NCBI GenBank assembly: GCA_028534125.1
Contig: CM052817.1
Location: 90,894,001 to 90,958,000 of the forward strand
From: Lama glama
Lineage: Eukaryota
Direction of reading: 5' to 3'
DNA length: 64,000 nucleotides
Shown here: positions 11,641-23,788 of the stretch, in pieces
How the letters are laid out: every line of letters starts with the position of its first letter
How positions within the stretch are numbered: position 1 is the first letter of the stretch
Program-made: the position numbers and the translations under genes
Notes under the pieces: model-generated
What the model was told of the DNA's origin: nothing
Databases searched by the model: none
What the model saw: the letters and a program-made list of their open reading frames with translations, nothing else

Positions 11641-12400
11641 TCGGCTTTATGCCCCTACAACACCTGGAGATTTTTCTCATCAAATCAAGTAAAAGGAGCA
11701 TCCGGATAAACTTTTCAGAATATGAGAAGCAACCTTCTCTTTTCAACACAAGAAAACAAATTGTGGATGAAAAAATCTGAAATTCCTTTAGTTGTAATCA
11801 TGTGTTCGTTGGAGCAGTATTTACCCAAGAATCTCAAGAATTCTGTAGTCATGAATCGACAGCAATCATTAAGGAAGATCCCTGATGATGGCCTTTGCCT
11901 CAGATTCTGCCACCCTTGCCAAGTAAAACCTTTCGTTTGTCATTTGATTGCTGGTTCTCTGGAGGGTGCAAGAGTTAAAGAGGTGGACGTATTCTCTCAA
12001 TGGACTTCACTCAGCAAAGACTGAACACCTAAAAAGACAACAAGAACTTGTGCTTTGTGAGAGTTTCTAACTGATGAGAAGTCTGCTGACATCCACACAG
12101 GCTCTGAAATGGAGGAAATGGTACAGTCTCTGTCACAGGTTCACGTGCAATTTTAAGCACTTATGATGAGGAAGATTTTCTGTCAAATAAGATACGCACC
12201 CAAGAGAGACAAAAATCTATTAGACTCTCTGGTTGCTTAAAAAAAAAAAATCCTACTTAGCATCACTTTAAGGTAAGTTATTACTGAAAAGAGTAACAAC
12301 TCCTTAGAAGTCATAGTGTCCATGTAAGTGTACTCTTGGGGTCATTTCAGAAAAGCTTTGTAATAAATCACAAGAGGCTAATATTGTGTGTGTGTTTCCT

Positions 12401-12950
12401 TACAAAGGAAAGGAAAGATTGTCCCTCTACTCTCCTATGCTCAATAACCGAGTCTATGAACTCAAATGACAATAGGCAGATTAACAGGAGAAAATTCATA
12501 AATTTCTAATATTACTTGCATGTGGACATCACAGAAAAAAAATGAATATTCAAGGAAGTAGTGAGATTTGAGAGCTTATATTCTGACTTAACAGGGAAAG
12601 CAGGGAGTGGAGATGGAAACCACTTATGGGGAAAGTAAATCATTTTTAGGAAAGATGAATGAGCCCTTGGAAGAATAGATGGGAGGAGTGATAGTTCGTG
12701 ACAAACTTTGTCAGTTTGTAACAAAGAAGCCAAAGTGGCAGGGACGTCTAGTCTCCTCTCCTGTGGTAAGAGTCAATCTTCTCTGGTTGATGAAATTCCC
12801 AGGGAAGGGATTTACTACAATTAAGTTCCTTTGGGAGGGTCTGTCCTCAGGCAGATAAGAGGAGTTCAGAGGAAGCCTCTCCCTGCATCTGTTTTTCAGG
12901 TGCCTTCAGCTCAAAATAATCCTTATGCCAAAGATGTTAGCCCCCTTTAC
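12401..12950 (-). mobile_element. MER34-like ERV1 LTR
   Basis: Reverse complement contains tctttggcataaggattattttgagctgaaggca, a MER34-family 5' motif. Confidence 0.75.
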
Positions 12951-14314
12951 TCAAATATTTATTTTGCTGGATTGTACAATGTCAAGTTGATTTAAGATAC
13001 AAATTCTGCATCCCAAAAATAGCCTTCTCTGTACAGTTCCAGGTTAGAGTTAACCAAAATAAAGGAACTAGTACAAAAATCTGGAATGCGGAAGTAAAAG
13101 AGTAAACACAGTCAGATACAGTATGGTCAGAGACAAGGTACCCCAAGGTCCTGGTGTACCCTCCCTCTCCTCCACTCTGCATCATGACTGCTGGCCTTGA
13201 TGCCCAAGAGTGGACCCCCGGCCAACAACCAGATGCAGCACTGGGACCCCTAGGGGCAACAGCTTCCCAAAGGCCTCTCCATGAACTCCCCCAATGCAAG
13301 AGCCTGGTGGGGAAGCACTGGTTTGTCCACCTACGCCAGGGCTCCGGGCAGACTGAGGGCTCTTCTCTAATCTGACTCCCACTTCTGGACCTTCTCCTCT
13401 CCAGCTCTTCTCATAGTCCCATAAAGACTTACTCCTGTCATTTATTCTTTATTTTACAAAAATAGAGTGACTCTGCTTCTCCAAATGAATTCTGACTTAT
13501 ACAGTTACACATACCACATATAAACACACATATACCCCACATGTTATATATTTTATAATTATTTTTTAAATTCCTTATATATAGCATAGTTCTCACATAT
13601 TAGTTTCTGAGTCAGTTGCTGTATTTTCAACACCTTAACAAAACTGGGTGTAACAAAAAATCTGCTCAGTATTGGTCAAATTCAAAATGAGTAGCAAGCT
13701 AATTTCTAGATCTACCCAATGGAAGTCAATGCTCAGAATTCCTTGAAAATTATACCAAACATCAAAGAGCTGTTAAGTTTAATTTCCAAGTGCAGAACTA
13801 AGCAGAATATGCTTATTAAAGGTAATATTCAGAGATAATAGGTTCCTGACCTGATCAACTGTATTGTTTTTCTGCAATATCATGTCAACTTTTAATCTTC
13901 TCTTTAAAAGAAGGAAATTTCAAGCATATAATTGTGAGGTGACACCCCGCCACAACCCCATTTCTGTGTTATGTATATACGGTTGTTATGTTGCATTCTG
14001 ATATCTGTATCCTTTGGAAATAGGCTAGAACACTCATAGGGAGAGAAAGTATGCCCAGGGACGGAAAATTGTCGAGGAAACTAAGCCAGATGGCTCATGG
14101 AGGCTGGACAATGAACAAGCCTGGTCCTTCTTCTCCTGGGCCTGGATTTTGAGGGCAGTGGATATCCATGTAGTTGAGGATAAGTAAGGCAGCTTCCACC
14201 ACCTGGAAGAAGGCCAGGAGCTAAGAAAGGTCTGTCTAATAGAAGACAGGACGGAGCAAGCCATGTATTATAATTAAGATTATCCAGTTTATATCACCCC
14301 ATTTTGATGAGCCC

Positions 14315-14425
14315 TGGAGGAGTACCAGGAAGGGAGGGACTGTGTCTGTTTTGCTCACCAATAAATCTCTAACCCTAGCACAATGCCTGGCACCAATAAA
14401 TGTTTGCTAAATAATGAGTGAATAA
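14315..14425 (+). mobile_element. L2 3' end
   Basis: gggactgtgtctgttttgctcacc...cctagcacaatgcctggcac...aataaatgtttgc...gagtgaat. Confidence 0.8.
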
Positions 14426-14713
14426 CTATTTTCTCATGGCATCACTAGTCTTACTTAAACAGGACAGCCCTGTCTAGCTGTGTTATGGAAACAAAGAAAT
14501 GGTCTAGAGAATTAACAGGGAGCAGTTGTCTGCTGCCCACGCCCCAGCCCTGAGCCAGTGAGGGCAAGCACCACAGCCATCATGAGCAAGTACTCCAAAA
14601 AAAGACGAATCCATGAAGAAAAGGAGAGGATCCTATAGCCCAATCATTTCCTCCCATCACAACATTCTCCTTCTCTGGTCAATTTCAAAAAGAAAAAATT
14701 CTAATTTTTCTAT

Positions 14714-15094
14714 TGTGAAAGGGAAATCAAAATGGAGTTGGTATTGCTCAGAGAGCTCTTTAAAATGGAGCAAGGAGGCCACTGAGGAAGTGTGACTTGT
14801 GCAGGTCTCAGCCTGAATGGAATCTGACCTTTTGATGACTTAGTGTCATACTCGAGCTACTTATCTGACACTTACCCTAAAACAACTTGTGATTTCTTAA
14901 AGACAAATATTTCCCAACTTGTGTCAGAGTCAATCACATTTCTCAGCAGGCAATTTTAACAACCTGTGACTTTTGTCTTTATAAGTCCCACTCTTTTGGT
15001 TTTACCCAAATCTATGCCTCCTAAATTGCAATCCTTAAGACCCCAAATAAAGCTCTCTGTTCTTTGCAGCCTCAATACTGATTACTGTTTGACT
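14714..15094 (+). mobile_element. Solo ERV1-like LTR
   Basis: Starts tgtgaaagggaaatcaaaatggag; TATA-like ctttataa ~14978; AATAAA ~15046; near-TSD ctat/ctac. Confidence 0.7.
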
Positions 15095-15384
15095 CTACTA
15101 GAATAGAAAAGTCATTCATTAAGAATTGATTATAACAGGGTATTGAAAAATTACCCGTGTTTTGCTTTTATCTGCTGATTAATCAGAACTAAGTGAAATG
15201 TATCCCTTCTTCCCCCAGAAAAATATTCAATCATTTAATTTTTATTTCTAATAATTGGGTTTTCCCTGACCTCAGGGGAAAGGAGAATGCCTTTTCAGTG
15301 TGAGAGTTGAAAGGAGATATAAGGGGGCTCTTTACCTTTGCAGAAAATCCCTTAGGTAGGCATTTTGGTTTCCAAAGTCTGCTC

Positions 15385-16190
15385 AAGAGTTCTCAAACTG
15401 GTAACCCAAAGACATGTTTTGTTTTGTTCTCTTTGTTGGATATGCATTCAGTGTTTTGAAATTTGTGAATTAGCTGAAGTGAAGAGAAACAAACAGGATT
15501 ATCCAACGGAGCTCAAGTTCTTAGCAAAGAGCTAACCAGCATCTGGTGAGCCCAACTTTACATGGGACCAGCGTTTCCTTCTCTCAGAAGGGCAAATCCA
15601 ACTTCTACGGCTTTTAAAGGTAACAGCTAGCATTTCCAAATAACTCCCTGCATAGCTGGTCTTTACTACATACTGCTTGGTGCCTACACTCGAAACTCTA
15701 TTCCCTGCTCCCAGATAGTTTTTCACACTTGCATGACTAGAAGTAAAGTAGCAGGTGTGTACAGTTCTTCCAAAGGAAGTTGCATGTCCAGAAGCTTCAC
15801 CTGACTCAGCCAGTTCCACTATGGGGTGTTGAAAGGACAGGGCACTACGTGCCTCCTCTCCTTGACCCTCAGCTCTGTAAATCCTACCCCCAATTGTTTT
15901 TATTTCTTTATCTTCCCCATGTGAGACTGCAGCATTTGTCTTCATACTATGCCATAGCTCCCCACTGTCAGAATTTAAAAATTGAGAAGTTTTACATGAA
16001 AATCTGAATTACTAGTGTCTTAAAATAGCCTACATTCCCAAATGGCAGCAAACAGCTAAAGCAGAGAAGCTAGTGCCCCACTATTTCTTGAACTGGAGCT
16101 TCAGCTGTCATTTAGCATCATGCTTGCCCTGTGATTTGCCTAACTTTAGAGTAAAAGGAATGTGAAACATTTCTTGGACTCAGAGCTCCA
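15385..16190 (+). mobile_element. MER103C-like DNA element split by an unassigned ~490-bp insert (~15476-15965)
   Basis: aatttgtgaattagc ... aatttaaaaattgagaagttttacatgaaaatctga...cattcccaaatggcagc. Confidence 0.55.
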
Positions 16191-16672
16191 CCTTATACTT
16201 TTACCCCCTGAGTATTCGTCTGATACCCATCTGGTCCCTATAGAGATGTGTGTTATGATGCTGATCTAAGTCCACAAGAGATTTACCCAGGTTGTCAAAA
16301 GAGGGAAATGAAGGAGACCCTGTGTTTCGAGTGTGGGTGAAGGGACCACCATGAGGAGTGGGAAATGGAAGAAGGCTCATGGTTTCCAAGAGGAGGACCT
16401 GTGAACTGAAAAGGAACACTCAGCAGACGTTGAAGCTGAGTTGCCCTGAGCAGCAATTCCAGAGAGGCAATGAAGGACCAGCCTTCCACAGGGCATTATG
16501 TGCAGCCAGCAGGGATAGCCAGAAGACATCCTGTGAGGACAGCAGAAGTTGCTCTATATGTAACCCAAAATAAAGGTTGACTAATAACTAATAACATTGG
16601 GTTCCCCACCCACAGTGGTGAGGCTTAAGTGATATTTAATCATGACTTAGATGAATACAGATTCACATAACC

Positions 16673-17112
16673 TGTATTTTTGTGCCAGATATCTCCCATT
16701 TGCCCCTCCAAAGCCACTCTACTCTCTCCTCCAATTGGTCTCTGCTCCCAGCCAGCTGACTTGTAGCTGACATCAAAATCCTCTGCTTTCCAGTTGAGCT
16801 CAGTGAATGGGAAGCCCAGGTGGTTCTGTGAAGAAGAATAGAGATTCCTTCCCTGCAAGGTCAATTCAAGCTGGGTATACCCCTGTAAAGTTACTGCTCT
16901 TCCCCAGGAGGCTAAAGCTACACCACTCCCTCTAAGTTCTGCATGCCCGAGGGTGGTAACATTTCCGCTTCTGCCATGCCAAGTTACTACACCATTCCCT
17001 GTGGTTCCCTTATACCATGCCTTTTAAAATAGAGCCTTTGAGAATAAACTCTCATTGAATTAACCTCTTTCAAGTATGTCTTCTGTTTCCTGCTGTGACT
17101 CTGACTGATACA
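16673..17112 (+). mobile_element. LTR33-like ERVL LTR
   Basis: gagggtggtaac, aataaactctc...ttctgtttcctgctgtgactctgactgataca terminus. Confidence 0.75.
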
Positions 17113-19294
17113 ACCCCAATGTAACAGAACAGTTCACATCTGTCACACTAAGAAAAGCAACATTACAGTAATAGGAGTCACAGTGATGGGATCAGAACCC
17201 AAGTATTGAATAGGATTGCTTCCAGATCCAGAACAAAATACTTTCACCTAAGATCATAGAGCTTTATCAGCATACACTTGCTTACTATGGAAAAAAAAAT
17301 TCCACAAGATGTATTGGAATCAATGTTGCACCCATTATATTTAAATTAAGCATCTGAAACATAGAACTCTATTCAATAAAAGCCCAAAGTTGTAACTGCC
17401 AACCCAGGGAGAAAAATAAGAGAGAGAAACAGAAAAGGAGATATTTTAAAGAGAAAGAAAAAACTCACAGAACTACAAAGAAGAGGTACAAAGAATATGA
17501 CAGATAGAATCTGGGCCTTCTAATAGGAGGGGACCAGAGATTCCCTGGATGTGACTAGTGAAAGGCTTCTAGTAGTCACATGCTAAAGGTGAAACGTGGG
17601 CTTAGAGGCACAGTGTACAGTACACAGACCTCCTAGTCCACAAGATCCTGCACTTTGTAACCTTTGAGGAGGTCATGCTGTATGTGGGGTATAAGGCAGG
17701 GTCCAGACAAGGTCTCCAATACACACCTGGAAGAAGGAAGCAAGAGAAGGGGTATCTCCCCATTTATGACCTGAAACATTTGCAAGGGGTCCAGGAACTT
17801 TCCCGACTTTATGCTCAAAGAGCATGTCTGTGGCATAAGAACAGACAAACTCAGTCTTCCACCTGGATATCTGAATCCCTTTCCTCCCATGCAGTGCCTC
17901 CAAGCTGTGGCTCCACAGTGTCCTTGTTTTGTCACACAGAGGGCAGCGGAGGAAGTCTTTTAAGGCCAGGTCAGCTATCATGGTGCAAATTGTTCATAAA
18001 TAGTATGGGGCCACTGTGGAAGTTAAAACTATAATTGTATGAGGAGCTTGCTTTATGTGAAGGTTTGAGAAATAACTGGTGTAGGATGGAGTCACATGGA
18101 GGTCAACAGCCTGGTTGCCCTGCAAGTAGAAAGCAGAGCATCTGAGTTACTGCGCTAGCATACAGTGTGGGCATTTTTCATGACTGCTGGCCAGAAGCTG
18201 ATGTACAGGGATAATACGTGGGCTTGGAACTGCAGCATCTCCTATAGGACCTCCCAAAATCTAGACAGGCTTTGCAGCCACTATTCAGAAATGAGATTCT
18301 CAGAGGGATTTACAGAGTCAGTTCTCCTCTCTGGCCCAGCGATAAGGCTCCAAACTTCACACCAAATTTACTACATTTTTCCAGAATATAAATGTGTGCC
18401 ACTGAGTATGGATCACAGACATCACATTTGTGCTTGGGTTAAATGGTAAAAGAACTCAACTTTTATGTGTGTAAGAGCCTCTTGGAATGAGCTCAAGGGC
18501 TAGAATTGGCTCAGGCATTGATCCATAACTTGGAGAAGTGTTTATCCATCAGTGGTTGAGGACTGTCCTGAGAAATGCTAACTCTCCAGCATCCCCACTT
18601 CAGGGCTCCCTTCCGTGTTCCATGCTGTGTCACTGAAGAAGCCCTAAGGCCAAAAGCAGAAGTCATGCAAGGCACGCTTGGGGCATTATATCATCAGCAC
18701 AATATTAGTCAAAACCTGCACAGATCACAACTAGTCCCTCTAGCTGTAGTTGAAATCAGAAGTGAGTCCAAAAGGACCTGAGGCAAAGTATAAGGGGTGT
18801 CTGGCACATAAGGTATCTCAGGAAACTGAATTCATAATTGAAAGTGTGCTTAATGAACATGGCATTAGAGCAGAAAGACTCAAACACTCTTGTGGTATAT
18901 TTGGTCCTAGCTGCAAAAGACTTCAAAGAATTAGATTTGCTTCCACCTAACATACATCTTTCTAAAAACCAGGAAATTTTTGTCCATAAAATATAGTTTT
19001 TCCTTGATTGATTGCTAGATAATCATACATTTTGACTTTTTTTGACTCTGCTTTTTTTATATCCTTGTTCTTTGCATTGTAACTTAGTTTTTTAATAGAT
19101 GATGCTATCAAAAGTCAAAAAGTCTGAAAGCGACTGTTTTAGAAAACTGGTTAGCAGTATCTCCTAAAGTGAACATCCACATACCCCTGTGACCAACAAT
19201 TTCTCCCACAGATACTTTCCCAGCAGGAACATACACAGATGTTACCAAAAGACACCCATGAGAATGCCCATCACAGCACTAGTCGGGAGAGCTC

Positions 19295-20017
19295 TGTCAA
19301 ATGTTGGCTCCCCCGCAGTATATCCACATAATCTGTTAATAGTTCAGAGCTGAGTGTATTGCTTACCACAGTAAAGGAGAGCATTATCTAGCCAGTATTA
19401 GCAGGAGGAGGGATCTTACCAGGAGGAGGGGATACTTATGATGTTTAGGTTTGGTTTAAGATGGGTCTTTCAATGTGGGAAGCTTGATTGGGATTTTGTT
19501 AAGTATCCAGATATATAACCATTGACACAGGAAGGTAAGTATTTTGAGGTGAGACTTTCCAAGTGTCTTGGAAAGTCTTTGGTGCTATTTATTGAAAGGT
19601 TGAACAGTCTGACTTTTGTTCAAATAGAATTCTTGGTAAGGTCTTTAAACAATAAAGTTACTTGTTAACTGGTACCTTTAAACAATAAAGTTATTTGTTA
19701 ACTGGTACCTTCTTGGTCAAATGTTTCCTAAAATGGTAAAATTATATTAAAACAGGCAGTAAATTTTAGGAAGGTTAGGTGTAGAGGTCAGCCAACTACA
19801 GCCTGTTTGCCTAATTCAGCCCTCTACCTGTTTTTGTAAATAAAGATGTACTGGAACACAGCCCCATCTGTTTATTTATGTATTGACATGACTGCTTTCC
19901 TACAACAACAGCAGAATTGAGAGTTGAAACTAAAACTGAAAAGCCTACAAAGCCAAACATATTTATTATCTATCCCTTTACAGAAAAATTTTTACCAACT
20001 CCAGGTTTAGTTTCTCA
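19295..20017 (-). mobile_element. Solo LTR (ERV1-like) inserted in L1M
   Basis: TG...CA termini with perfect 4-bp TSD gctc (19291-19294 and 20018-20021); the host L1 reads continuously when it is removed. Confidence 0.7.
19782..20003 (+). mobile_element. MER58A (hAT-Charlie MITE)
   Basis: ctacctgtttttgtaaataaagatgtactggaacacagcc...ccctttacagaaaaa. Confidence 0.85.
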
Positions 20018-20226
20018 GCTCAAAACAAGACACAATCTAAGTGTCCATGAACAATAGAGTTAATAAATAAATTGTGGCATATTCACACAATGCAAATGAA
20101 TTTACAAAAACTGCACTCAATGAAACAAACGAATGTAATAAACACAAGACTGAGAGAAAGGAGCCAGAATTTTATGTGTGAGTCTCTTTACACAATGTTC
20201 AAAACCAGACAAAATTCATGCGTGAT

Positions 20227-20709
20227 GTATTGGAAAAAATAGTGAAAGACTTCAAAATGGGCAAAAAAAAAGTTATTCGGTATCTTTGCAGTGAAATAAC
20301 GGGCATAGCCCCAGGTACCCTGCCTGCTGGGTTATCTGATTCCACAGGGGCCGATTCCTTTCCTTGTCTTTGAGCTACTTTATAGCTCTACAAGTTTTTG
20401 TAGAAAATGGATAGTAATGCAAATTATTCAAGTCTATACACAATTGAATTTTGTCAGGTGAAGAGGAATTGACTACTGCCCTGTGGATATTGCCTAATTT
20501 TGCATCTATTAGCTAATTCATTTCAACGGTCCAAATTGTTCATACATGTGTCTATTCTCTGGATTCTCTTTGAACTGTTTTTTGGTTTTTTGATATTTTA
20601 CCAGTGTCCTCATTAATTAATGAGTTAAACAATAATTGTTGACCCATACACATTTTATATTCGAATGAGAATCATGATTTCACTTTTTTTACAGATTAAT
20701 TTTTAACCA
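20227..20709. mobile_element. Unassigned insert (possible LTR) in L1M
   Basis: Interrupts the L1M 3' UTR; weakly inverted ends tggaaaaaat / atttttaacca; TSD unclear. Confidence 0.4.
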
Positions 20710-20959
20710 GAGTAAGAAGCCATGATAATAGGCACAGGTAATGACTGGAGGGCACCTGGGGCAAATGAGATTCTTGGCAGCAGGGGGGCTGCTGAGATGG
20801 TGTTATGTTCTCTTTCTAGATACGGTGCACAGATGAGCCCTCTGAGTGGCAGACCAGAGCTCTTTGTAATTTTCTGAATGTATGTTGCACTTCAATGAAA
20901 AGCTTATTTTAAATGTAAAAATAAATAAATAAATGTTAACCCAAAAGGATGCATTGAAA

Positions 20960-21310
20960 TCTCTCTCCCAAGCTAACCACCTCCCACCTCACATTAGCCA
21001 CTGTTACTACGGTTTTTTTTTTTTAATGTCTCATTCTAGATGGGGTTTTTTTTAAGCATATACAAGTAAATAAAGATACAGAGTCTTATTCTACCACCAC
21101 ATTTTTGCACAAAAGATACGATGTACGCACTGTCCTATGCCTTTCATTTTTCATTTAAGAATGAACCTTAGAGATCAGCTCTTATCAGTACATGGAGTGC
21201 CTCCATTCTTTATTACAGCTCCATGTATTTCATTAAATGAATGTGCCACACTGTACATCGCCAGCCCTCTCTACTGATGGGCCTTTGGGTTGTGTCTAAT
21301 CTTTGGCTTC
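20960..21310 (-). mobile_element. L1ME fragment
   Basis: ttttcatttaagaatgaaccttagagatc...tgaatgtgccac...ctactgatgggcctttgggttg. Confidence 0.7.
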
Positions 21311-23183
21311 ATAGAAATATATCAAGCTCTTAGATAATAATAAGAAAAAGGCAGGAAGGCAGAAAGGAAAGAAGCATGGAAATATGAGTGGGAAAGGTTG
21401 TCCGTGGCATAAAGGCTGTGAGCACTCACTGGAGTGGAAGTGTCTAAGAAGGGGGTGGGTGGCTGGGACACCACAGATCAACTATTTTCTTTAGAATTTT
21501 GCCTTCCACCAGCCTTGACACTTTTCTTTAAAAGGTTACTTATTTTAACAAAGGTAAGTCAACAAATATTGTCTTTTCTCTGGTAGGATGTTAGGCATAC
21601 ACTGGACACACAAAGGGCTCTGTAACAATGATTCAATTACCGGGGTCTTCCTGAACTCTGGAAAAGACAAGAAGAGCTGATTCCAAACACCCAGTGTTTT
21701 ATTTCCAGGAAGAAGATAAAATGCCTACAGTCTGTATCTCACCACTTTTCCTAGAGCAAAAAGAATCAAGTTTCTAGGTAGGCCACCAGAGGCTGGGACT
21801 CCCAGAGCCACTGCCCAGCAAATGACAAGCCCAATTTGTAATTCTCCTTTTATTTTCTATCCCTCCTGGACTGAAGTGCCCAGCTGCCTCTTCCTCACCA
21901 AAATTTATTGTATCAAGGAAGCGCCATGTTTTTCTACCTCTAGAGAAGCCCAGTATGAACTGGAAAAGACAAAACAATTGTTCTCATTTGCACAACTGCC
22001 GGGAAAGAAAACAAGATTACTGGTATCAAGGGAAAATTTAAATTTTTCCCCAGGCAAGAAGAATTGACTTTCTGTGCTCTAAGATGAAGGCAGCAGAGAA
22101 TTTACTGCTCGACCTAGCTAAAAGAAAATAAGGAACCTCATAAACCTAGGCAATTTAAACACACCCTCCACACACGCACCCGGCAATTCTCTGCACTGTG
22201 ATTTATGCAAATATGTTAATTCATAATTAAAAGGTATTTGGAATCATTTTAATGGCCTTTTATTCCTTTTAGACTGCCTCAGTGGCAGACCTCTGTCACA
22301 TCAATTTTGTGTGTTAATATATCAGTTCCAAAGATTTTATTGTCTTAAAAATAACTTGGCTGCTGCAGAGGCTGCCTTGGGGAGCTGAGTCTCCAAGGAG
22401 GGAGCTATCTAACAGCCAGTCCATTCTGATCTCCCTGTTATTGACATGCAGAAAAAGAAACATTCACTTTTAATAATAGGGCTCTCTTTCATGCAAAGAT
22501 AGTAGAGGGTTTCTGAGAATAAATAATTCATGCTCCTCCAAGCTCCCTGAGAATAAATTTGTTCCTTTTCTGTTTTGTTTTTCTTCAAGATATGTCATCT
22601 TAGGAAGAAGGAGCTAGGGGAAAGAAAGCACTTTCTGCTTCTGTGGATATAACATACTGAGTATTTCATTCCCTAGTGCAACAAAACCTCAAGATCAACA
22701 GACAAGAGCTGAAAACCTTTTCCCACCAGACTGACACAGTGCCATCTAAATGTTCTCTCAAAAGATAGCATCTCATAAACAGTCTCAACAAAAGGATGTC
22801 AGTTTTCCCTTTACTGTGCATGCACAACATCACTTAAAAAAAAATGACCACGACCAAATCCAGCATGACATTAATTACATTTGGTTGATCACATGGCTAG
22901 CTGGTTATAACTCCCACTGTATTTTGAAATAGTCCTATATTCTTTGTGTATTTGATTTCATTTTTCATGTAAAGAGAAAAACAGATTGTATCTTTTCAAT
23001 ATACTGTCTATTGATGATTCTTAAATTTCAATGTCTGTTAAAATCATCAAAGAAATTTGTCTCAGCATAGATTCCTAAGCATTGCTCCTCAGAGTTCCTA
23101 CTCATTTGTCTGGTGAGAGGTCCAAGCAATTCTGATTTTCCTATACCTTGTAATTCTAATGAAATATAATATGACTTAATATC

Positions 23184-23788
23184 TGCTTTAGGCAATGTTT
23201 GTGTCCCCCCAGATTCATATGCTGAAGGCTGAATGTGGTGGTATTTGGAGGCAGGGCCTTTGGGAGGTAATTAGGTCATGAGAGTATATTCTCCATGATG
23301 GGACCACTACCCTTATAAGAGGAAGTGAACTAGCTCTCTTCCTCTTTTCCACGTGAAGATACAAACCAGGAAGAGGACTGGGAATTCAGGACTTGCAGAT
23401 ACATACTATGGCATATAAAATAGATAAACAACAAGGTCCAACTGTCCAGCACAAGGAACTATACTCAGTAATTTGTAAGAGCCTATAATGAAAAATATGA
23501 AATGGAATATATATATATATAAAACTGAATCACCATGCTGTACACCAGAAACTAACCCAATATTGTAAATCGACTATACTTCAATTGAAAAAAAAAAAAC
23601 TGACTGTATTAATAATGAGGGGGAAAAAAAAAAACCAGGAAGAAGGCCTTTACCAAGAACCCAGCTTAACCTTAGACTTCCAGATTCCAGAACTCCAGAA
23701 CTCTCGGACTCCAGAGAAGTAAATGCTTGCCATTTAAGTGACTCAATCTATGGTGTTCTGTTATAGCAGCTCAAATTGACTAATACCA
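23184..23788 (+). mobile_element. MLT1A-like MaLR LTR interrupted by L1
   Basis: aatgtttgtgtccccccagattcatatgctgaa, ggtatttggaggcagggcctttgggaggtaattaggtcatgag, ctatggtgttctgttatagcagc. Confidence 0.88.
23377..23634 (+). mobile_element. Lineage-specific L1 3' end with TSD
   Basis: aaaatagataaacaacaaggtc...gtaaatcgactatacttcaatt plus poly-A; TSD aaaccaggaaga at 23363 and 23632. Confidence 0.9.

Larger units (their letters stand above)
19145..20935 (+). mobile_element. Old L1 (L1MD/ME) 3' end hosting nested insertions
   Basis: gcagtatctcctaaagtgaacat, aatctaagtgtccatgaacaatagag, aaattgtggcatattcacacaatg, tgtatgttgcacttcaatgaaaag plus A-rich tail. Confidence 0.75.

Noticed and set aside
19029..19121. 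Inverted repeat ttttgactttt / aaaagtcaaaa as a structured RNA
   Set aside because: Low-complexity A/T arms, probably within a degraded DNA-transposon end
17600..19140. Overlapping ~100-119 aa ORFs as a processed pseudogene or ERV internal region
   Set aside because: No recognisable protein motif, poly-A tail or TSD; parts look like degraded hAT ends but I could not assign them
19643..19711. CRISPR-like direct repeats
   Set aside because: Only two adjacent copies with no spacer, in mammalian DNA; a simple tandem duplication
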